The position numbers and the translations under genes are program-made. From positions 56,984-88,983 of the forward strand of contig CALGRR010000004.1 of NCBI GenBank assembly GCA_937880805.1: a DNA stretch of 32,000 bases, given 5' to 3'. This document shows positions 1-9,284 of this stretch, piece after piece (position 1 is the first letter of the stretch; each line of letters begins with the position of its first letter). Source of the DNA: an uncultured Clostridia bacterium. GTDB lineage: Bacteria; Bacillota; Clostridia; Oscillospirales; Acutalibacteraceae. Under the pieces are notes generated by a model. The model was not told the DNA's origin and made no database searches. It saw only the letters and a program-made list of their open reading frames with translations.

Positions 1-1
1 G

Positions 2-3000
2 CTTTTACCCGGTGTTGAAAAGCAAATGGAACTTATCGGCACGGCAGTAAAGAATGAAGCTCCTTTGTTTCTGCCTCAATCTGCCGTTGATTATGTGCTT
101 TGCGGCGGTAGTGATTTCAGCGAAGGTAAAATGCGTATTTACAGGCAGTTTGCCGAAAGCCTTTCAAAAGATGAAAACATTAAGTTCCTTAAAAACGAAT
201 ACGGAACAGGCGGTCATTCAGATGCACTTCCCGGAAGTGGATTTTGGGAAGGTCACGACTCAAAAGGTATTGAAATATCTGACCATTACAGTGTTCCTCC
301 AAGACGAGTTTTGTTGAAGTGGAATTATGTTGAAAGCCGTCTTTCGACACTTATAAAGTCTGACAGATACTTAAACCCAAAAGAAAAAGAAATGTATCCG
401 CAATGGCTTGAAAACAGATTGGCACAAGAGGCTGAGTGGAAAAAAGAAAGTGAAATTCGTCAGCTTCTCCGTTATGCTCCCGAGGAAAAAGAAACACCAA
501 AAGAATACAGATATGAATATAATCTCGGCGATACCGTATATATCGGTGCGGATGAATACACTATTCTTTCGCTTGAAGACCCCGTTATACTCAGCAACAT
601 CCAATATCCTCTTTTCACGGAAGAATTTTCAAAAGCAGTATTTGAGAAAAGAGTAAGAGAAAATCCTGCAAATAATCATTTGAGAGTAGAAGTTGATGTT
701 GAAAGACCTGCCGTGAATGATGAAGCTGAAACAGAAATTGACGAAAGTAATAAGCCCGATTTCTTGGTTCAGTATGAGCAGGTACAAAAGGAAAACCCGG
801 ATAGTGTTGTTCTTTTACACACAAGAGGATTTTATAACGCATTCGGCAAGGATGCTGAAATTCTTGCAAAGGTCACAAACTATACCGCACCGGGAAAAAA
901 CCTTTACGGAAATGTTTTCACGCCCTGTTGTCAAGTTCTTGATTTCAACCTTAGCTATGCCACCAAAAGACTTCTTGAAAACAACATTGAAGCAGTAGTT
1001 ATGGCATTAGATAAGGGGGTTATAGACAGGTATTCTCCCCCCTCATTAGATGAGGTGCAAGAGCCGTCTGAATATGATGACGGACACGCTGCTGTTGCAG
1101 ATGTACTCTATGACGATGCTTTTTATGTTGACCGTGATAAAGAAATTGTTTCGTGGATGTATTACAACCCCGATGGTAATGACGGTAAAGGACAGTTTGT
1201 TACAAACAGTTTTCATTTTGAGGTTATTCTGGAAGCTGCACAGAAGCACGCAGATTTCAAAGACTTCTTTGATTATCTCGGCACAGTAAGCCAACAGGAA
1301 TTTGCAGACTACGGCAGTGAATTTTTTGACGGTGCAACCGAGTATTTTCACGAGCAACCCGATTATACCGAATGTTCACTTGAAACTATGCAGGCTCTTG
1401 TTGAAGAAGCCAAGGAGTTTGAAAAAGAAACTTCCGCAAATGTCGAAATCAGCCGTAACAGTTTCTTGGATGAATACAACGAAATAAAGGCGGATAATCC
1501 CAATTCAATAGTGTTGTATCAGGTAGGAGACTTCTTTGAAGCATTCAATGATGATGCAAAAACTTTGGCTACTTCGCTTCAACTTGTTCTTACTTCAAGA
1601 GCAGTAAATGATGATGAACGAGTGCCGATGGTCGGTTTCCCTGCTCATAGACTTGAAGCTTATCTTGAAAATATCCGCAAAGAAAGCAGAGTAGTCATTT
1701 CGGCAATTCCCGATGGTGAAACTGCAAGAAAAATATTTAGGATGCCTCAAATTGGCGAAAACAGTGAACTTGAGCCTATTGAAAAAGCAAAAAAACTGAT
1801 AGATAAATTCTGTATTAAAGAATACGGTAAAGGTGCAGATTTTAGCGATATGAAAAATATTGAAATCGCTTACACCACATTTACTGATGTAGAAATTCCC
1901 GTTCAGGTTTCTGTAAATCTTGTGGATTTCAGAATTGACAGATTCATAGACAATAACTATTATGACAGCCGAAGCTATGACAATCTTGAATCATTGATTG
2001 AATATGAACTTTATGGCTTGGATTTTGATGATTTAGTCTATATTCCCGATGAAGTTTTTGAATCAAAGACATATACGAACACAGCATTGGATTCTGAAGT
2101 TACCGACAAAGTAGTAACGAATGAAAGAACACTCGCTGAAAGACTTGTTGATTTTTACAAAGATTTTGATTTCTACGGATTCAGAGATACTCTTGAAATC
2201 GGCGAGTCAGAAGAAGATGCCGCAAGTAAACTTGCTGCTGACCTGCAAAATCCGAAATCAATAGACTCGATTATTGCTCAACTGAAAAATATAGTTGAAG
2301 AAGCGGAAACAGATGATAAAGAAATTGCTGAACAGTTAATAAAGGAATTAGAGAAAGAAAAGGAAAATCTTCCTGTTATTCCTGACTCAGAACTCATCGG
2401 CAAAGAGGTAATGATTGACGGTACAAAATTCGTTATCGAAAAGATTGACCCCGTTTTCGGTGATGTTTCAATGCGTGACACCTCTGTTCTGTACCCCATA
2501 AACAGAGTTGAAAAAATTGGTCTTGTCCGTGAACTGCTGAATCAGCAGACCGCACCGACCTATTCAACGGAAAAGGTTGCGGAAATACCTGCCGAAGAAA
2601 GCGGACTACCCTTTGATGTGACAATTCAGACACTTCGCACGGAAGAGCCTGCTCTTACTCCACCTGTATGGGAAGAAAAGAAACAAAAAGTCACAACTCT
2701 TCATCCCACCGTTCCCGACAGCGAAAAACACAATTTCAGAATAACCGATGATAACCTCGGTGTCGGCGGTGCAAAAGAAAAATTCCGTAACAATATGGCT
2801 GCTATCAATCTTCTGCACGAGCTTGAATTTGAAAACCGTCTTGCAACTCCCGAAGAGCAGGAAATACTCTCAAAGTATGTTGGCTTCGGCGGTCTTGCAG
2901 ATGCTTTTGATGAAAGCAAAACAAATTGGGCAGATGAATATAAAGAACTTATTGTTACGCTCTCTCCCGAAGAATATGCCGCTGCAAGAGAAAGTACACT

Positions 3001-6000
3001 TACCGCTTTTTATACTCCTCCTGTTGTTATCCGTGCTATGTATGAAGCACTCGGCAATATGGGATTTGAAAACGGTAACATCCTCGAGCCTTCGTGCGGT
3101 ACGGGTAATTTCATAGGTATGCTCCCCGACAAGATGAGTGAAAGCAAATTCTACGGTGTTGAACTTGACAGCTTAACGGGCAGAATTGCACAGCAGCTTT
3201 ATCAGAAATCGGGTATTACAGTACAGGGTTATGAAGAAGCAGCATTACCCGACAGCTTTTTTGATGTTGCGGTAGGTAACGTTCCCTTCGGGCAGTTTAA
3301 GGTTATCGACAAAAAGTACGATAAACACAACTGGCTCATACACGATTACTTTTTCGGCAAGACCCTTGATAAAGTACGCCCCGGCGGTGTAATAGCTTTT
3401 GTTACTTCATCGGGTACTATGGACAAGAAAAATCCTGCTGTAAGAAAGTATATCGCACAAAGGGCAGAACTGCTCGGCGCCATTCGTCTGCCAAACAACA
3501 CTTTTAAGGCTAACGCAGGTACAGAGGCAACATCGGATATTCTCTTTTTACAGAAAAGAGATACCCTTGTTAATGATGAGCCTTATTGGGTACACCTTGA
3601 CCGTGATGAGAACGGTAACGAATATAACAAGTATTTTGTTGACCATCCCGAAATGGTACTCGGTGATATGGTTATGGAGTCCTCACAGTTTGGTCAGTCA
3701 CTGACCTGCAGACCTTATGAGGGCAGAGAACTCTCCGATCTTCTTTCAGAAGCGATACAGAACATACACGCCGAGATAAAGGATTTTGAACTTTCCGATG
3801 TCGGCGAGTCCGAAGATTTATCCGTACCTGCAGACCCGAATGTTAAGAATTTCAGTTTTACTGTTGTTGAAGATAAAATATATTACCGACACGACAGCAG
3901 GATGACACCCGTTGATGTTTCTGCAACGGCGGAAAGCCGTATAAAGGGTATGATTGAAATAAGGGACTGTGTGCGTGAACTCATAAGGCTTCAGACAGAC
4001 GATTATCCCGATTTAGCTATTCTTTCGGCACAGGAAAGATTGAATGAAATCTATGACAAGTTGACAAAGAAATACGGTCTGCTCAACGCAAGAGCAAACC
4101 GCCTTGTATTCTCTGATGACAGTTCATATTGTCTGCTTTGTTCACTTGAAGTTATCGGTGAAAACGGTGAACTCAAACGCAAGGCAGATATGTTCACAAA
4201 ACGAACAATCAAGCCACATATCGCTGTAACATCTGTTGAAACGGCAAGTGAAGCATTGGCAGTATCAATCGGTGAAAAAGCCTGTGTTGATATGGACTAT
4301 ATGTGTAAGCTCACGGGCAAGACAGAGCAAATGCTTTTTGAAGAACTCAAAGGTGTTATCTTCCTTAACCCCGAACACACATCCGAGGACAGCAGAGTAC
4401 CGAGGTATCTTACGGCTGATGAATACCTTTCGGGTAACGTCAGAAAGAAACTTGAACTTGCAAAACGGACTGCTGAAATTTATCCCGATGATTACAGTGC
4501 CAATGTTGAAATGCTTGAAAAAGTACAACCCGAAGATTTGACAGCAAGTGAAATCTCTGTCCGCTTGGGTGCGACTTGGCTCCCGGTTGATGTTGTTGAA
4601 CAGTTTATGTTTGAACTCTTACAAACACCGAGATATGCTCAATGGAATATAAAGGTACACTATTCACCGATTTCCGCAGAGTGGAATATCGAAAACAAAA
4701 ACTATGACCGTATGAATGTTATTGCCAACACCACATACGGAACAAGCCGAATAAATGCATATAAGATTATAGAGGAAACTCTTAATCTTAAAGATGTGCG
4801 TATATTCGATTATGTTGAAGATGAGAACGGCAACAGAAAACCCGTTCTTAACAAAAAGGAAACTGCCATTGCACAGGGTAAGCAGGAAATGATAAAGCAG
4901 GCTTTCCAAGATTGGATTTGGCAAGACCCCCACCGCAGAGAGAAACTTGTCCGCATATACAATGACAAGTTTAACTGTATGCGACCCCGTGAGTATGACG
5001 GCAGTCACATCAATTTTTCGGGTATGAATCCCGAAATAACCTTACGACCTCATCAGGTTAATGCGGTTGCAAGAATTATGTACGGCGGTAATTCACTTCT
5101 TGCACACGTCGTCGGTGCGGGCAAAACCTTCACGATGGTTGCTGCGGCACAGGAGAGCAAAAGACTCGGACTTTGTAACAAGTCACTCATTGTTGTTCCT
5201 AATCATCTTACGGAACAGTGGGCAGCAGAATATTTACAGCTTTACCCATCGGCGAATATCCTTGTTGCTACCAAAAAGGATTTTGAAACCAAAAACCGTA
5301 AAAAGTTCTGTGCCCGTATTGCTACGGGTGATTATGATGCTATTATTATCGGTCATTCGCAGTTTGAAAAAATCCCGTTAAGTCTTGAACGGCAAAAGAG
5401 GATGCTTGAAGAACAGATTGATGAAATAACCGTTGGTATCGGACAAATCAAGTTTAACAAGGGCGAGAAATTCTCTGTTAAACAGCTTGAAAAAACTAAA
5501 AAGTCCTTGCAGGCAAAACTCCAAAAACTCAACGACCAAACCCGTAAGGATGCTGTTGTCACCTTTGAAGAACTCGGTGTTGACAGGCTCTTTGTAGACG
5601 AGGCTCACAATTTTAAGAATTTGTACCTCTACACAAAAATGCGTAATGTCGGCGGTATTGCCCAGACCGAAGCACAGAAGTCATCTGACCTCTATATGAA
5701 GTGCAGATACCTTGATGAAATCACAGGCAGTAAAGGTGTTATTTTCGCTACGGGTACACCTGTTTCAAACTCTATGGTAGAACTCTATACTATGCAGAGA
5801 TACTTGCAGTATGAAACTCTTGTTGACCGTAATCTGCAACACTTTGACGCTTGGGCTTCAACCTTCGGCGAAACAGTAACCGCTATTGAACTTGCACCGG
5901 AAGGTACGGGATACCGTGCTAAAACCCGATTTGCGAAATTTTATAACCTGCCCGAACTTATGATGATGTTCAAGCAGATGGCAGATATTCAGACGGCAGA

Positions 6001-7510
6001 TATGCTCAATCTTCCAGTTCCGAAAGCCAACTATCACAATGTTGCGGTTAAACCCACCGAACAGCAGAAAGAGATAGTTGCTTCTCTTGCAGAACGAGCC
6101 GAGAAGGTAAGGAATAAAATGGTGAGTTCCAACATAGACAATATGCTGCTTATTACAAATGACGGCAGAAAGACGGCGCTTGACCAACGCCTTGTTAATG
6201 AGTTGTTACCCGATGACCCATCGAGCAAGGTATCTGTTTGTGCTGATAATGTTTTCGATATGTGGAACAAAACCACTCCGCAGAAATCCACACAGCTTGT
6301 ATTCTGTGACTTATCTACTCCGCATAATGACGGTAAGTTTAATGTGTATGATGACATTCGCAAGAAGCTCATAGCAAAAGGCATACCCGAAGCAGAAATT
6401 GCCTTTATACACGATGCCGATACAGAAGCGAAGAAGAAAGAACTGTTCGGCAAAGTTCGCACAGGTAAGGTGCGTGTACTTATAGGCAGTACAGCCAAGA
6501 TGGGTGCCGGTACCAACGTACAGCAAAAACTCATAGCAATCCATCACACCGATTGTCCGTGGCGTCCTGCTGACCTTCAGCAGAGAGAGGGCAGAATTGT
6601 CCGACAGGGCAACGAAAACCCCGAGGTCGATATTTTCAGCTATGTTACCGAAGAAACCTTTGACGCATACTTGTATCAGTTGGTCGAGAATAAGCAAAAG
6701 TTTATAGGTCAGATTATGACCTCAAAATCGCCTGTGCGTTCAGCAGAAGATGTTGACGAGCAGGCGTTATCTTATGCCGAAATCAAAGCACTTGCAACAG
6801 GTAATCCCCACATCAAAGAGAAAATGGATTTGGATGTCGCAGTATCTAAACTCAAACTTTTGAAACAAAACCATTTAAGTCAGAGATATGCTCTTGAAGA
6901 TAAAGTCATTATGTTTTATCCCAAAGAGATATTGAGATTGGAAAACCGAATCAAGGGATATGAGGAAGATATTAAGACAGTGGCTGAAAAATCCGTTCCT
7001 AATTCAGACGGCTTTTGTCCTATGGTTTTGGAAGGTATAACCCATACCGAAAAGAAGGCTGCAGGTTCGGCAATTCTTGAAATCTGCCAATCTATGAAAT
7101 CGCCTGAGCCGAAAGCAATCGGCAGTTACCGAGGCTTTGAATTGGAGTTATCCTTTGACACTTTCCAAAAACAATTTATCTTGACTCTTGTCGGCTCACT
7201 TCGTCATTCTACTCCGCTTGGCTCGGATGTTCACGGTAACATCACAAGACTTGATAATCTCATCGGTGACTTTGAGAAAAAGAAAACCGCTTGTATCGAG
7301 CAGCTTGAAGATACCAAGACACAGCTTGCCAATGCCAAAGAACAGATTGAACAGCCGTTCCCGCAAGAGGATGAGTTGAATGCGAAGATGGAAAGGCTCG
7401 GAGAACTCAATGCACTACTCGATATGAACCACAATGAAAATGAGATTGACGATGGTAAACTTAATTCAATTGATTCATCTGAGAGAGTATATGTTCGGGA
7501 AACAAGATGA
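2..7510 (+). CDS. Giant polyvalent conjugative-element protein, 5' partial. Contains two MutS-domain-I-like modules, an N6-adenine DNA methyltransferase, an SNF2/DEAD-type helicase and a C-terminal coiled coil.
   Basis: The frame is open to the window edge (codons from nt 2 show no stop; the ATG at 26 has no good RBS).
- MutS-I-like: FLDEYNEIKADNPNSIVLYQVGDFFEAFNDDAKTLATSLQLVLTSR..VPMVGFPAHRLEAYLENI, plus a diverged first copy VVLLHTRGFYNAFGKDAEILAKV.
- MTase: motif I ILEPSCGTGNFIG (nt ~3080-3118) and motif IV GNVPF (nt 3275-3289).
- Helicase: Walker A GAGKT (nt 5114-5128), DEAH (nt 5597-5608), ATGTPVSNS, and motif VI QQREGRIVRQGN. Confidence 0.92.
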   Translation, partial: LLPGVEKQMELIGTAVKNEAPLFLPQSAVDYVLCGGSDFSEGKMRIYRQFAESLSKDENIKFLKNEYGTGGHSDALPGSGFWEGHDSKGIEISDHYSVPPRRVLLKWNYVESRLSTLIKSDRYLNPKEKEMYPQWLENRLAQEAEWKKESEIRQLLRYAPEEKETPKEYRYEYNLGDTVYIGADEYTILSLEDPVILSNIQYPLFTEEFSKAVFEKRVRENPANNHLRVEVDVERPAVNDEAETEIDESNKPDFLVQYEQVQKENPDSVVLLHTRGFYNAFGKDAEILAKVTNYTAPGKNLYGNVFTPCCQVLDFNLSYATKRLLENNIEAVVMALDKGVIDRYSPPSLDEVQEPSEYDDGHAAVADVLYDDAFYVDRDKEIVSWMYYNPDGNDGKGQFVTNSFHFEVILEAAQKHADFKDFFDYLGTVSQQEFADYGSEFFDGATEYFHEQPDYTECSLETMQALVEEAKEFEKETSANVEISRNSFLDEYNEIKADNPNSIVLYQVGDFFEAFNDDAKTLATSLQLVLTSRAVNDDERVPMVGFPAHRLEAYLENIRKESRVVISAIPDGETARKIFRMPQIGENSELEPIEKAKKLIDKFCIKEYGKGADFSDMKNIEIAYTTFTDVEIPVQVSVNLVDFRIDRFIDNNYYDSRSYDNLESLIEYELYGLDFDDLVYIPDEVFESKTYTNTALDSEVTDKVVTNERTLAERLVDFYKDFDFYGFRDTLEIGESEEDAASKLAADLQNPKSIDSIIAQLKNIVEEAETDDKEIAEQLIKELEKEKENLPVIPDSELIGKEVMIDGTKFVIEKIDPVFGDVSMRDTSVLYPINRVEKIGLVRELLNQQTAPTYSTEKVAEIPAEESGLPFDVTIQTLRTEEPALTPPVWEEKKQKVTTLHPTVPDSEKHNFRITDDNLGVGGAKEKFRNNMAAINLLHELEFENRLATPEEQEILSKYVGFGGLADAFDESKTNWADEYKELIVTLSPEEYAAARESTLTAFYTPPVVIRAMYEALGNMGFENGNILEPSCGTGNFIGMLPDKMSESKFYGVELDSLTGRIAQQLYQKSGITVQGYEEAALPDSFFDVAVGNVPFGQFKVIDKKYDKHNWLIHDYFFGKTLDKVRPGGVIAFVTSSGTMDKKNPAVRKYIAQRAELLGAIRLPNNTFKANAGTEATSDILFLQKRDTLVNDEPYWVHLDRDENGNEYNKYFVDHPEMVLGDMVMESSQFGQSLTCRPYEGRELSDLLSEAIQNIHAEIKDFELSDVGESEDLSVPADPNVKNFSFTVVEDKIYYRHDSRMTPVDVSATAESRIKGMIEIRDCVRELIRLQTDDYPDLAILSAQERLNEIYDKLTKKYGLLNARANRLVFSDDSSYCLLCSLEVIGENGELKRKADMFTKRTIKPHIAVTSVETASEALAVSIGEKACVDMDYMCKLTGKTEQMLFEELKGVIFLNPEHTSEDSRVPRYLTADEYLSGNVRKKLELAKRTAEIYPDDYSANVEMLEKVQPEDLTASEISVRLGATWLPVDVVEQFMFELLQTPRYAQWNIKVHYSPISAEWNIENKNYDRMNVIANTTYGTSRINAYKIIEETLNLKDVRIFDYVEDENGNRKPVLNKKETAIAQGKQEMIKQAFQDWIWQDPHRREKLVRIYNDKFNCMRPREYDGSHINFSGMNPEITLRPHQVNAVARIMYGGNSLLAHVVGAGKTFTMVAAAQESKRLGLCNKSLIVVPNHLTEQWAAEYLQLYPSANILVATKKDFETKNRKKFCARIATGDYDAIIIGHSQFEKIPLSLERQKRMLEEQIDEITVGIGQIKFNKGEKFSVKQLEKTKKSLQAKLQKLNDQTRKDAVVTFEELGVDRLFVDEAHNFKNLYLYTKMRNVGGIAQTEAQKSSDLYMKCRYLDEITGSKGVIFATGTPVSNSMVELYTMQRYLQYETLVDRNLQHFDAWASTFGETVTAIELAPEGTGYRAKTRFAKFYNLPELMMMFKQMADIQTADMLNLPVPKANYHNVAVKPTEQQKEIVASLAERAEKVRNKMVSSNIDNMLLITNDGRKTALDQRLVNELLPDDPSSKVSVCADNVFDMWNKTTPQKSTQLVFCDLSTPHNDGKFNVYDDIRKKLIAKGIPEAEIAFIHDADTEAKKKELFGKVRTGKVRVLIGSTAKMGAGTNVQQKLIAIHHTDCPWRPADLQQREGRIVRQGNENPEVDIFSYVTEETFDAYLYQLVENKQKFIGQIMTSKSPVRSAEDVDEQALSYAEIKALATGNPHIKEKMDLDVAVSKLKLLKQNHLSQRYALEDKVIMFYPKEILRLENRIKGYEEDIKTVAEKSVPNSDGFCPMVLEGITHTEKKAAGSAILEICQSMKSPEPKAIGSYRGFELELSFDTFQKQFILTLVGSLRHSTPLGSDVHGNITRLDNLIGDFEKKKTACIEQLEDTKTQLANAKEQIEQPFPQEDELNAKMERLGELNALLDMNHNENEIDDGKLNSIDSSERVYVRETR

Positions 7511-7778
7511 TAAAAATGAATATAATGCATATGAGTATACCAACACCCATCTTTTTGTTGTTGCAGAATTCATAATACTATATAAAATATAAAATAATAA
7601 TAATCTGCTTGCATTTAGACACAAAATATGCTAAAATAACTTAGCACATATGTTTTTGATTGGGTAAATTGCCACAATCACTCTTCAAGTTTTGTGCACA
7701 ACAAACAAAAAAGGGGGGTACTCATTGGGTGGGGAAAATGTACTTTTCTTGTTTTTTAAGTTTCTTGGATATCAAAAA

Positions 7779-8243
7779 ATGGGAAATGTGAAATGTAAAG
7801 CTAAAAAAGAAATAGTGTTTATTTCCTTCACCATGGGTTTAGTGGCTTTACGATTTGCGTTATCTCTTAAGGGATTAAATTCGGGTAACACCGATGCGAT
7901 GACATTCTCTTTATTTATGAATCTTATTCCTGTAATGCAGACAGTACTAACTTTGTTAAGAAAGGTTTCGGAATTAGAACGAAAAAGGAATAAAAGTTTT
8001 AAAGGTATCTTCAGAGCAACAAACACTGTCCCTAGAGCGAACCCTTTTTTGAGTAGATTATTTATTTTAGCTGTGTTTTTAAGTGTAACCTTAATAGCTC
8101 CTGCATTATATTTGTTCCGTTTTTCAAGCGATAATACTGTTGCAGCTTTTCTCCTGGAGCTAGTTGTATGGATGTATATGATTTTTTCTGCAGCAGACGG
8201 AATTTTTGAACAGTTAATTGTTCTGTTTTCCGTTGAAGTATAA
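7779..8243 (+). CDS. Hypothetical multi-pass membrane protein (AT-rich islet gene 1). Start uncertain; the alternative is the TTG at 7692.
   Basis: Long ORF with about 4 hydrophobic segments (FISFTMGLVALRFAL, FSLFMNLIPVMQTVLTLL, LFILAVFLSVTLIAPALYLF, AAFLLELVVWMYMIFSA). No recognisable family. Weak RBS. Confidence 0.5.
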   Translation: MGNVKCKAKKEIVFISFTMGLVALRFALSLKGLNSGNTDAMTFSLFMNLIPVMQTVLTLLRKVSELERKRNKSFKGIFRATNTVPRANPFLSRLFILAVFLSVTLIAPALYLFRFSSDNTVAAFLLELVVWMYMIFSAADGIFEQLIVLFSVEV

Positions 8244-8287
8244 ATAATCTTAACAAGAAAATAATATAGATAACTGAGGTGGATTAA

Positions 8288-8599
8288 ATGGATTTTAAGT
8301 TAGCAGTATCATTATTGGTCATAGGAATTTTAGGAGTTGTAATTTTTGTTTGGTATGGTATAAGATGGTTAATAACCCCAAAAATTTACAATAGAATGCT
8401 TAAAAAAGATATATTGAATAATATTGGCATAGATATCAGCGGTCTAACTCTTGAAAATAAAAATAGTCACTTTGTTGTTGCAAAAAAGGCTAATAATGCC
8501 GGTCCTAATCACTGTGATATTATTTTCAAGAGTGATTTACGCACACTAAGCGAACGAACCTATAGTCGAGATTTCATTTCAACACCTGCAAAAGATTAG
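8288..8599 (+). CDS. Hypothetical small protein with an N-terminal transmembrane helix (islet gene 2)
   Basis: ATG preceded by GAGGTGG. N-terminus AVSLLVIGILGVVIFVWYGI is hydrophobic. No recognisable family. Confidence 0.55.
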   Translation: MDFKLAVSLLVIGILGVVIFVWYGIRWLITPKIYNRMLKKDILNNIGIDISGLTLENKNSHFVVAKKANNAGPNHCDIIFKSDLRTLSERTYSRDFISTPAKD

Positions 8600-8634
8600 T
8601 GTGTAGTTATGCATGTTTAGGAGGTTGTGAATTT

Positions 8635-9216
8635 ATGGATAATACTATAAAATCATATTTTAATGTTGTAGAGCAATACTGCGAAGCGCTAAATTCTTCT
8701 GGACTAAATATAATTTTTTATAGCGAAAAGAAAGATGAATATATTAAATCTGTTAATGATAAATATCTTGATTATAAAAGCAAGTATTTAAAAGATGAAG
8801 TGGAATATTTAGACAGGCACAAAATGGCTGCCATTCTTGTTGTTTGTGGAATCGAATGTAAAATTATCGATTCAGGAGAAATAGGCAAGGAAATTGAAGA
8901 TGACAAAATCGATATTTGTATTCAAAAGATCTTGTTGTTAGCTGCATTTGACTATTTGCTTGAAATAATGAACTTAAAAATAGAACAGCAAAATGATGAC
9001 AGCATAAAAAAAATAGACAGCATATCTTTCCCTAGTGCCTTTACTTGCCCAACTCCATTTATCGATATTTTATCTAGAACGTTATATTATGCTGAAAAGA
9101 ATTATAAATTAAACGAGATGGAGTTAGCAGAGAAACTCTTTTTGTTAGAATATATCTCTATTTTAAAAGATTATCCTAATGAAAGCGATAAATATTTTTC
9201 AATATTCAAAGAATAG
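8635..9216 (+). CDS. Hypothetical soluble protein (islet gene 3)
   Basis: The ATG at 8635 lies 10 nt after AGGAGG (8619-8624), so the GTG at 8599 given in the ORF track is less likely. A strong terminator follows. No recognisable family. Confidence 0.6.
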   Translation: MDNTIKSYFNVVEQYCEALNSSGLNIIFYSEKKDEYIKSVNDKYLDYKSKYLKDEVEYLDRHKMAAILVVCGIECKIIDSGEIGKEIEDDKIDICIQKILLLAAFDYLLEIMNLKIEQQNDDSIKKIDSISFPSAFTCPTPFIDILSRTLYYAEKNYKLNEMELAEKLFLLEYISILKDYPNESDKYFSIFKE

Positions 9217-9234
9217 TTTTGATTGTTACTTTTA

Positions 9235-9273
9235 CCTTGTATCAAATGTTATAATTTGATACAAGGTTTTTTT
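9235..9273 (+). terminator. Rho-independent terminator closing the 3-gene islet
   Basis: Perfect 13-bp stem CCTTGTATCAAAT / ATTTGATACAAGG, loop GTTATA, then T7. Confidence 0.85.
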
Positions 9274-9284
9274 GCATTTGGAAA

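Noticed and set aside
54-7530. About 30 short ORFs in other frames or antisense inside the polyvalent gene (for example 6034..6534 -, 6311..6697 -, 4664..5008 -, 2748..3116 +)
   Set aside because: They are fully nested in a 7.5-kb ORF with strong, ordered enzymatic motifs. Their translations are low-complexity or Cys/Phe/Leu-rich, with no RBS or family resemblance. The same reasoning applies to antisense ORFs inside the relaxase, VirD4, VirB4, hydrolase and ASKHA-NDT genes (for example 12616..13038 -, 13847..14284 -, 15125..15565 -, 21620..21979 -, 26520..26870 +).
7626-7657. Hairpin GCTAA-N6-TTAGC plus TTTTT as the terminator of the polyvalent gene
   Set aside because: Only about 6 contiguous base pairs form, with mismatches beyond, and the T-run is separated from the stem by 7 nt. 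This is too weak to call.
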